A DNA stretch of 64,000 bases from assembly GCF_009914755.1 (NCBI RefSeq), contig NC_060927.1. One strand, given 5' to 3'. Position numbers and translations under genes: made by a program. This document shows, piece by piece, positions 53,361-64,000 of this stretch (its first letter is position 1; the number at the start of each line of letters is the position of its first letter). Source of the stretch: the human T2T-CHM13v2.0 reference genome, Homo sapiens. The notes under the pieces are model-generated. The model worked only from the letters and a program-made list of their open reading frames with translations. It had not been told where the DNA came from and did not search any database.

Positions 53361-55699
53361 TTCTTTGAGGTTGTCAAATAAGTATGAAAATCAGATTGGC
53401 AAATCTTCCCACCAAAAAGTAGTTCTACTTAACGATAAAGACCACCTATCACAAGTAGAATCAATAACTTGGTATCAAGGAACTCAGTTTCCTCCTCTAT
53501 AAATGCCAACAGATTTTTTAAAGTTAGCAAAACAATGATAAATGTTTAAATCAGTAAAAGTTTCAGAGTGGTAGTTATATTTTCCTGTTCATCATCTTCA
53601 CATTTGGGCAAAGTTTGTCTTAATTCCCGAAATCTTTTCAGTTTGCATTTTCCCCAGCTTTAAGTGTCCTCTCCTTCACCCAAAGCAACAGATATTCTAT
53701 GATGACCAAATGGCATTGCCTTTTGCCTATTCACACTGAAATGTAGAGTTTATTTTATCCCTTCGTCCAGAAGCATTTGCATTTTGAAAGAGAATCACTG
53801 AGTTGGAAGCAACTTTAATACACATGAATTCACCACCAATGATATAATTTCAGTCATTCTGCTGGTTGGTTTTGTGGGTGTTTTTTGTGCCAGTTGGCAA
53901 CCATTTGTTAAAATAAGTGCAAACATTCATGAAGAACTGAGGCACAAACTGTCAATATCCTAATACTATGTATCTTTTAAAATTTATAGAGTTCTTATGT
54001 AGACAAGCCATCAAGCTACACCTAAGCCTCAATCTAATTCTCATAATAAAGAATGATATTTTTCTTATTCAGTCTTGCGAATAAGAAAAAAATCATCTTG
54101 ATTTAATTCTGTAAGACTAACTCCTGATTTCCTTCATTCTTTCCACATATATTTCTAATTACAAGAAAGCATATACATTGGAAATATTATTTAGGTCTGT
54201 CATTAACTTAGATTAAGATATGCCTACCTTTAAATGACCATATTTACCAGTTTTGTGAATATGACCCCCAAATAATTGTCAGGAAAATTGCCACTGATTT
54301 TTGTTATTGATTCAGATATCATTTGCACATTATCCTCAAATGTTCTCTTTTACAAAATTTGCTCATGCAAAAGTTCAGGTAGGTATAATCCAGCTCAATA
54401 TATTCCCTTCTTCTTTCACTAATTCTTCTCCTTGAACCCATTGCCAAAGACTAATATAGTTTAGGTTAATACAAATAATCTAATTTAATAAAAATAACCT
54501 TAATCAAATAAGTTTAATCAAAGAGGTAGTCTAGGGAGTATGATAGGGAGATTGACCTCAAACATCTGAAGATCAAAGTTAGCTCGTTGGAATAATGTAA
54601 AAAATCTCATTCTCATTTTAGAGTAGGATAATGATTAAGTATAAGCCACAGATGTGTTGTATAATGTAAGAGATATGATTTTTTTTCTGCTACACCAGTG
54701 CAGCTCCTGGTCAGACTTTAGGGACGAGATAATTAGAATATCTTGTAAGAAATCTAATTTTTCTACACATTTTGCACAAGCCCAATATGTCACTTAATTA
54801 AGACCCTGGAGTATTTATGTTTACTTTCAGAAATTATAAAAATTCAACAAGAAAACAAGAAAAACTTAGCAAAGCTCAACTGGAGCTGACTTATATAAAA
54901 TATTTCCAAATATAGATCATAGAATACTTCCTAATACTCATTCATATTCCTCTGTAAGTATATTTCCATTAACCAAAATGAAGTTTACATTAGGAAAAAA
55001 GATGTGTTTAAAATGCAGATTCATCTTGCTTTGTTAGGAATATAGAAGCCTTGAATATTTTTTTTCCTGAGGAAATGGTATGAAACAAATAAAAAAAGTT
55101 CTATTAAATGCAGAGAAGTTAGTCAAGTTATTTGTCACCTAAAATGAGTTGTGTTTTTTGTTTTTGTTTTTCCAAATTCAGGAATTATCTTCTGAAATAC
55201 TATTTAAAAGTCTATTATAGAGATATTTGTAAAGAGTCATAGATAAGGATGTTCAGACTCTAAACCTTTTTCAGAATAATGTAACTGACCTTCCACAGAA
55301 AGGGAAGAGGCAACCCTTAGTAATAAAGTTAATTTTAACCTAATTTCTGCAACTTCCTTTGAAATAGCAGCTTCTTGGGAATTGCTGTTATAGGACAAAC
55401 CCAGACATTTGGTTCCCAAAATTATACCTAAACCTTCTCAACTTTAGAAACAGTAAGACTACAGAGTTATTTTGAATACTTCAATAATTGAATTGAAGAT
55501 GATAAATCCAATATAAAACACTCTGTGGAGGTATTGTTATTCATATCAACTAAATGAATTTTTCAGAAATTATAATTAATTACTTAGCTAAAAAAAAGTA
55601 ATAGTAGAGCTGTATTACTGGTCCTGGAAGTGTGAGGTAAAAACATTAAAACCTGTACAGGGAGAGGGAGAGATTACTTAAAAGTTTTATGCAAGAATT

Positions 55700-57747
55700 C
55701 CCGATAACAAAACCAGACAATGGCACAGCAAACAAAGAAAACCACAGGCCAATATCTCTGATGAACATAGACATAAGAATAAATCCTCAACAAAATCCTA
55801 GTAAGCTGAATCCAGCAGCACATCAAAAAAATAATACAGCATGATCAAGTGGGTTTTACTTCAGGAATGCAAGGATAATTCAGCATACACAAATCAATAA
55901 ATGTCATATATATCCATATAATAAAGGACAAAAACCATATGCTCATCACCATAGATGCAGAAAAAGCTCTTGATAAAATTCAACATCCTTCATGAGGAAA
56001 ACTCTTAATTATGTATAGAAAGAAAATACCTCAACATAATAAAAGCCATATAGGACAAACTCACAGCTAACATCTTACTGAGTGGGAGAAAATCTAAAAG
56101 TATTTTCTCTAAGAACTGGAATAAAACAAGGATGCCCACTCTAACCACTCATATTTAACATAGTAGTGGAAGTCCTAGCAGAGCAATTAGTCAAAAGAAA
56201 GAAGTAAAGGACAACCGAATTGTAAAGGAAAAAGTCAAGTTGTCCCTGTTTGCAGATAACATGATATTCTATATAGAAAAACCTAAAGACTCTACCAGAA
56301 AACGTGAAATTAATCAATGAATTCAGTAAAGTTGCAGAATATAAAAATAATATACAAAAATTAGTAGTATGAACTAATTTTTGTATATTATTGAACAACA
56401 AACTGGCTGAAAAATCAAGAAGGCAATTCCATTTACAATAACTACAAAATAAAATACCTGGGAATAAATTTAACCAAGGAGGTGAAAAAACCTCTACAAG
56501 AAAAACTACAAAACACTGATGAAAGAAATTGAAGAGGATATAAGCAAATGGAAAGACATCCCATGCTCATGGATTGAAAGAATTCATATTGTTGAAATGA
56601 CCATATTACTCAATGTGATTTACACATTCAATACAATCCCTATCAAAATACCAATGATATTCTTCACATAAACATTTTTCAAAAATTGAAAATGTGTATG
56701 AAATTACAAAAGACTCTGAATAGCCAAAGCAATCTAGAGCAGAAAGAACAAAGCTGGAAGTATTATATACCAGACTTCAAAATATACAACAAAGTTGTAG
56801 TAACCAAAACATCATGGCACTGGCATAAAAAGAGGCACATAGAACAATGGCATAGAATAGAGGACCCAGAAATTAATCCGCATATCTACAGCCAACTGAC
56901 TTGAGAAAGCTTCCAAGAACACTCACTGGGAAAAAGACAGTCTATTTGATAAATGATTCTGGGAAAACTGGATGTTTGTGTACAGAAGAATACTAGATCC
57001 CCACCTCTTACTCTATACAAAAATCAACTCAGAATTCATTTTGCAAGACCTGAAATGATAAAACTGTTAGAAGATGACACAGGGAAATGCTTCACAACAT
57101 TGGACTGGAAAAAGGTTTCATGAATAAGACCTCAAAAGCAGGGGCATCAAAAGCAAAAATAAAATTAAATTATATCAAACTAAAAGCTTCTGCACAGCAA
57201 AAGAAACAATCAACATAGTGAAAAGACAATCTACAGAAATGGAAGAAAGTATATGCAAACTACTCATCCAACAAGGGACGAATATCCAGAATACACAAAG
57301 AACTCAAGCATCTTAACAGAAAAAAAAAGCCAACAATCTGATTAAAAAATGGGTAAATGATCTGAGCAGACATTTCTCAAAAGAAGACATATAAGTGGCC
57401 AGCCAAATATCTGAAAGAGAAGTTCAACATCACTAATCATCAGGGAAATGCAAATCAAAACCACAATGAGGTATCATCTCACTCCAGTTAGGATGGCTAT
57501 TATCAGAAAGGCAATATCAAATGCTGGTGAGGATGCAGAGAAAAGGGAACCCTTACCACCGTTGGTGGGAATGCAAACTAGTACAGCCACTATGGAGAAC
57601 AGTATAGAGGTCCCTTTAAAAACTACCAATAGAGATATACCTAATGCTAGATGACACATTAGTGGGTGCAGCGCACCAGCATGGCACATGTATACATATG
57701 TAACTAACCTGCACAATGTGCACATGTACCCTAAAACTTAGAGTATA

Positions 57748-57784
<37 letters not shown>

Positions 57785-58475
57785 ACCAATAGAATTACCA
57801 TATGATCCAGCAATCCCACTACTGGAAATTTATCTGAAAAAAGGAATTCATTGTATCAGACAGACATTTGGACCCCCATGTTTATTGCAGCAGTATTCAC
57901 AATAGCCAAGATATGGAATTAACCTAGGTGTCCAAAAACAGATGAATGGATAAAGAAAATGTGTTATATATATACACAAAAGAATACTACTCAGCTATAA
58001 AAAGAATGAAGTCCTGTCGTTCACAGCAACATGGATGGAACTAGAGGACATTATGCTAAGTTGAATAAGCCAGAAACAGAAAGTTAAACACTGAATGTTC
58101 TCACTCATGTGAAAGCTAAAAATGTTGACCTAATAGAAGTGAAAAGTAGAACAGAGGGTGCTAGAATCTGGGACTGATAAGGGGAAAGGAGGGATAAGAT
58201 GAGACTTGTTAAAGGATACATAATTACAGCTAGCTAGGAGGGATAAGTTTTACTGTTCTATACTACTATAAGATAACAATAGTTAACAACAATGTATAGT
58301 TTCAAATAGCTAGAAGGGTAATATTGAATGTTTCCAACACAAATAAATGACAAATGCTTGAGATGATGAATATGCTAATTACTCTAAGCTGTTTACCGTA
58401 CATTATACTTACTGAAACTTCACTATGTACCCCATCAATATGTACAATTAAAAAATAAAATAAAATAATTTTAAA
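55700..58475 (+). mobile_element. L1MA (L1MA3-5-like) ORF2 RT to 3' end
   Basis: CAGGCCAATATCTCTGATGAACATAGAC; CTGTTTGCAGATAACATG (FADD-like); [17 protein letters not shown]; 3'UTR and A-rich tail. Confidence 0.88.
57634..57777 (+). mobile_element. L1HS Ta-subset insertion, extremely 5'-truncated
   Basis: GATGACACATTAGTGGG (ACA at 57656-57658); AAACTTAGAGTATAAT (G at 57741); pure poly-A; 16-bp TSD AAAAACTACCAATAGA. Confidence 0.95.
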
Positions 58476-58779
58476 TAAAGGGAAACCAATACCAAAACAC
58501 ATAATACAGAAATTTCTGAACTCAAAAATTAAAAGATACCTAAGGACAGATGGAGAAAAAAGACAGATGGAATAAAATAGATCATTTATCAGGTATTCAT
58601 GCTCACTTTCATGGAAGCAGTATACTTCCCTGCTCTATTAATGCTAGTATTCTCTGTGTGTCTTCTTTTTGTCTCATGATAGACAGAACATAACTCATCA
58701 ACCATTATTTTGGACTCAACCTTATGATTTGTTTTTCCAATAGTCGTTAACAGGAGTGTCCCCAAATACAGAGAAAATG

Positions 58780-59650
58780 TAATTGAAAAGTCAGGCATGG
58801 CTTCTCACACTTTTTCCTTTCCCTGTGAAAAGAACACATCCTGGATAGTCTACTTATTCAAGAAGAACGAGGAACAGCAGACTTGCACTTGACCTGCATG
58901 GGAACCAAACTCAGCAGATCACAGACTTTATCAACAGACCCACTCTTTCCCACTTCCTGACAATTCCGCAAGAATGTGTGATTGCTTTTTAGACACTACA
59001 CTTGTAGTGGTTTATTATACAATTTTGTTGAGGCAAAAGATAACCAAGGTAGACATGGACTAGAAGTGGGTTGCTTCTTTAACAAAAACCTAACAGTGGA
59101 TTTAGGACCAGGTATTACTCCACAAGGAAGTCATTATAGAAGCCTGGAGAAATGATGAGAACTGTGGTGAGAAGCTGAAAAAGTGACAACCTATGTTATG
59201 GAGTAGAAAAACATTTGATAAAAATGTGTGAGATTATATTAAAGATAAAGTATGGATATGACAAGTTTGTAGTTGAGGAGTGGAATCTTAGACAAGATGT
59301 AAAAAGCATGCTCTGTTTGGTTTTTGTTAGGTTGCTTGATTTATTTTATTCCATTTTTTTACCAGCTGCATTTGATAAGAAATTGCAAGGAAGAGATACG
59401 GTAAGGAAATAACCCAGTTTGTAAGCAAAATTTAGTGAGTATATAAGAAGCCAATTAATTTCAGCTTGAAAGATGAAGTTATTTTCTACCAAATCGAAGG
59501 TGTGACCATTATGCTTTGGCTCTATGTAAAGGACCAAAGCCAGGGCTTTGGCAGTAAAATAAGACTTCAGGGTAAAAATTCAAGGGTGAGGCTATAAGAC
59601 CCTTTGCTATTCACAAACTCAAGCTTGTTGTGATTCTCAACTTGATGAGG
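58780..59650 (+). mobile_element. Old MLT1 LTR 3' part followed by MaLR-internal-like sequence
   Basis: GACACTACACTTGTAGTGGTTTATTATAC..GATAACC then CTAGAAGTGGGTTGCT..TAACAAAAACCTAA. Confidence 0.45.
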
Positions 59651-59748
59651 TGCCTCTAAACTTTATTCATGAAATTTCTGTATCATTAGTGATCTTGTCT
59701 TTACTGGGCTGAAAGTTTGCCATTAACTTTCACAAAAGACATAGCAGC

Positions 59749-59975
59749 TATATTCGTTTCCTAGGGCTGTCATAACAAATTACCACAAGCTGGTGGCTTC
59801 AAACAGCAGAAATGTATTCTCACAGTTCTGGATGCTAAAAATCTAAAATCTAGGTGTTGGCAGGAGCATGGCGCCTCAAAAGGCTCCAGGGAAGAATCCT
59901 CTCCTGACTCTCCCTAGCTTGTGGTGACTCTTGTTAAACCTTGGCATTCTTTGATTTGTGGTAACCTCTCTCCAA
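59749..59975 (-). mobile_element. MLT1C-like LTR fragment
   Basis: TTTCCTAGGGCTGTCATAACAAATTACCACAAGCTGGTGGCTT..AGGGAAGAATCC. Confidence 0.75.
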
Positions 59976-61914
59976 GGTACTGAGTTGATGAACAACTGGT
60001 TGTATGCAATTTGGCATTTCTGGATCATAAAGCCCATAGGAGGGGCTGATGAGAGATGATACTGGAGAATTGAGCAATAGCTAGAGAATAGAGGGACTTG
60101 AATGCCACATTAGCAGTATGGACTTTCTCTTTTGAATATTGGATGGTTACAGAACAATCATAAGCAAAGAATGTGACATAATATGATCTACTTAACAGAT
60201 TTCAGTCCCCACAAATCTAAAAGTGGCCTACTTCCCTTCATCTCTACATAAAAGAAAAGTATGCTCCTCAGAGTTGCGTTATCCTCACCACACTCTCATT
60301 TTAATTAATGAACGCATCAGATGGGGCTCTTTCACAATTCTGACCAAGAGATACCATATAATTACTCTATCCTGAGTAGTCATAAAAATATACATAATTT
60401 AAATAAGAATATATAATTGTAAAATTATAAATTTTATATTTTATATGTAAAAATTATATAATCTTACTTGAATTATTGTATAATTTTATATGTAATATTT
60501 ACCTTAGTATCAATGTCATGCTCTTTATTGCATCAGTTCCTCCTTTCTTATATGTGTATGAATACAAATTGTTTTATGCTTGTTTCATTATTTTAAGTAT
60601 TCAAGGATAAACTTGCACAACAATAAGTTTGCATTATCAACCTAGAGAAAAGTCTTTTGATTATGCTTTTTAAATTCAAAGAACAAATTCATGGAGTTAC
60701 TGAAGAGTCAAATCACCTTGTATTTTGCAAAAAAATTTACATTACAAATACAAGTAAAATAATCATAAATATATTGCTACACATTGCAATGTGACAATGT
60801 CACTTTTTTCTTCCTATGAAAAAGAATGAGTCACACACTAAAATAGAATTGTTAAAATATTCTTTTTCTGAATCTCCATCAGGCTCAATGCAGGTGCAAT
60901 TGGCCTCTTGTGTTCTCAGAAAAAAGAAGCAAGTGGCCAATTAAACTGGGAATGAGCCCATTGAATGGTCAATTTTTGGCAGGCATTAACTTGCAGATGT
61001 AAAAAATTGGCTCTAACCTACTCAGAAAACCATGACATGCACAAAGAAGTAAACAGGAGAGGACACCTTGAAATTGGTTTGGTCTCTTATAACTAGCAAG
61101 AGAGAAAATAAAATGAACAGTTTTCTCACTCACAGATGTCTTTGCATAAAACTATGGTTTTCAGAACAATTTTATTTTAATGTTATTGATAAGTGTGACC
61201 ACCTCTTCTGGTTATGTATATGATTTACGAATAAAATCACAAACAGTGAGGGGGAAAAAAAACAGGGAAATAAACTAATGCTTAGTCTCCTCAGTACCAA
61301 AGAATCCATTTGATAGTGTTAGAAGTTTGGTAAGTTGGAGTCATAGCTCATTATGCCTTTTGACAGAATACAACTTTAACCCCTTCCCTCCTTAGTGACA
61401 ATAATATTCAAACATTTTTCTTGCTATCAGCAGTAATTGAATATCTATTCCAATAAAAGGGTGTGTGTGTATGTATGTGTGTACATGTATGTATGTGTTT
61501 GGGAATTTGGATGAGGCAGATAGTCATATTCAAATGTGGAGTATAACTAGACCAAAAAATCTTACTTCCTGACATATTTTAAACAATGCCCTCATTTTTT
61601 TCCAACACCTGAGTCCAAGAACGCTCTAAAAGGCTATCTTCAGTGTTATACATTGAGATCCTGTAAAGCCTTATTTGGAACTTCTAAAGAATTAAGGATC
61701 AACCAAACATGATGAAGAGGCAAAGATACAAGTATCAGACACAGCAATTAGGAAAGAATCCTGGGATCTATTAGCTTAAGCTTGTAAGTGAGCAAGTTTA
61801 TACGCACACAGTGAATAAAGATAGCTGTCTTTCAGTGTGGCTTAATACTTGTAGTTACTGGTGGCATTCAGCAAAGAGCACACATCCTTTTCAATTCTTT
61901 CAGTAAAGAGATCT

Positions 61915-62078
61915 GTTAATCAGAAATCCTGCCTTTCACCTTTAACCTTGACCCTAATTCTATGAATGTTTGCAAGTCACATCACTTCTTTGTCTCAACT
62001 TCCTCATTTATAAAATTAAGGTGTCAAACTCAATGATTTAAAAAATCTCATCCACCTGTTACATTCAGTGATTCTACA
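61915..62078 (+). mobile_element. MIR/MIR3 fragment
   Basis: GCAAGTCACATCACTTCTTTGTCTCAACTTCCTCATTTATAAAAT. Confidence 0.65.
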
Positions 62079-62269
62079 CTTAGCAAAAAGAAGCATATGT
62101 GTCTTCCATATTACCTAAATGAACTCGGGTATTCAAGAAATTTATAGAATAGTTTTTATTTAAAATAAACTCCAGCATAATTTTTAATTAAATTTAAAAT
62201 GCACATATTGGCTAAACCAGTGTTTTATTGAATCAGAAAATTATTTAATTACTCATTCATTACTTGATG

Positions 62270-62700
62270 TCATTGTAGAACACCCCTGCCAGTGAATGCA
62301 AATAGTAAGTTATAGACTTCCATTGATCCATAATGCATACCCTCTAAAGGCAATCTGTTCCTTCCTCAGACTATTTGGACTCAACATTTTTCTTATATTT
62401 AGCTGAAGCTTAGCTCCCTATGGCTTCTACTCATTTCTCCTGGCTCTAATGCTTTGGAAGGCTATACATAATGTGTTTAATCCCTCTTCTCCATGACAAC
62501 TCTTAAAGTATTTGAAGATAGCAATCATATCTTCTCTAATCTATCTGCAGTTCTCTCAATGACTCTGAATATGAGAGTTACATGTTCCCTTATCCTTATC
62601 CTCTGAATGTGTTTCTATCCCACTTAACACGAGGGTCCAAGCACAAAAACTAGACAGTTTGATAAGTGCCAAGGAAAGCAGTTCTTTCTGTCCTTATTGT
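62270..62700 (-). mobile_element. L3/CR1 LINE fragment
   Basis: TAATCCCTCTTCTCCATGACAACTCTTAAAGTATTTGAAGATAGCAATCAT resembles CR1/L3. Confidence 0.6.
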
Positions 62701-64000
62701 GGGCAAATTATTAGTAAAAGTTGAAGAGTAATTACCTTACATTATTTGCTCATATCAGGTTTATAATGTACCAAATTAAAATCTTCTTCAGTGTCTCCTG
62801 GTTACACCCATTTTTTTCTGCTTATATTTGTACATTGGTTAAAAACGGAAGAAAAAAGATGTATAAACAAAGTAAAGAGGTTCTTCTTGTGTAAATACTC
62901 GCCATAGCTTATAATCGCTTGTCCCTACAAAAGAGCTTTGGAGAGACAGTTCACTGAAGCATATTGGCCTAACTGTGATGCAAAGAAACTCTATTTGTTC
63001 TCTGATTCTTGCTAAGTGATATCTGGGGCTATTTAAAAATGAAAATGTTTTAATTTCATCTTGGAGGTTTGGTATTCTGTTTGGTTTTTCTTTTTTCTTT
63101 TTTTTAAACTGAAAAAACTAAGAATTCTTCAGGGTATACTTTCAACAGATACCACTTTCTCTTTTAACTCTCTACACGTGTTGTAAAAGAATAAGCAGAG
63201 TAGAAACAAATGCCCAGTTTTAGCTGTGTGTCACACAGGCCTGAAGCTTTCATGGGAGATAATGGCACATTACACAATAACAAATACGAAAGCTTTCCAC
63301 ATTTCAGTCACTGGGAACAAAAAGCAGTAGCATTGTCTCTTTGAAATGTCTAAAACATGACAATCTTAGTAGTTAATAAAACATAAATACTTTTTCTTGT
63401 CCAAAAGTACACTCAGAAAGCTAGTGCTGATAATGAGACTTTCTACAGTGCAATCCCTGGGCTTTTGATGTGGTGGAGTGGTTATACATCTATAACATGA
63501 AGAAAGGATGCATTACTTTGTCAACAATTTACCACAAAATAAAAAGCAGTGTACAAACAACACAAACTTAGTGTTCATCAAATTATCTTGTATAGTCATG
63601 AATGTTTTCAAAATCAAAATGTTTATTTCCCCCAAAAGTCTTAATGTTTATTTTGAAAGAAAGTCACACAACTTTTGAATTTGACATTTAGGGCAGGCAA
63701 GTCAAATTTTTAAAATTTAAATGAGAAGCATTAGATATTTGAGATAAATGATAATCAAAAGGAAGCAACCAAAATGAAGTTTATTTTGTACAATCTGCAA
63801 ACTGAGTTATATGATAGCAAGAAAAGCAGACTCGGAGTAGTTGCTTTTCTCTACTATGTCTACCAGTGGTTTGTTTAATTTACATACATCACCTTAATGG
63901 TAACAATAATCCTGGTCATAACTGCTCTCCAAACACACTGTTTTCCAGTCCCTGACTTTTGACAAAGCCCACACTAAACTTTCATTAGCAACAAGAGTTT

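Noticed and set aside
53770-53792. Octamer ATTTGCAT as an enhancer
   Set aside because: Single 8-mer with no good adjacent SOX site; expected by chance in AT-rich 64 kb
60395-60500. AT-rich quasi-repetitive stretch
   Set aside because: Low complexity with no consistent period or long perfect arms

Overview
AT-rich human genomic DNA made mostly of interspersed repeats; the L1HS-Ta diagnostic bases at ~57.65-57.74 kb point to human. I recognise no host protein-coding exon or RNA gene. The main element is a complete 5.75-kb HERV-H provirus on the - strand (5739-11485). It has two 453-bp LTR7 copies, a GTGTG target-site duplication (TSD), a tRNA-His PBS, and decayed gag/pro/pol. One 5'-LTR substitution turns the TATA box (TATAAAA) into TATGAAA and opens a 257-codon ORF closely resembling the HERV-H-derived ESRG protein. 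The window also holds solo LTRs (LTR12C, MER41B, MLT2A2, THE1D, MLT1/MST), L1s of many ages including a tiny L1HS-Ta insertion, Alus, DNA-transposon fossils (MER3, MER47, Tigger1), L2/MIR/L3 fragments, datable nested insertions and three perfect fold-back inverted repeats. Subfamily names come from recalled consensus sequences and need RepeatMasker/Dfam confirmation; boundaries of old elements are approximate.
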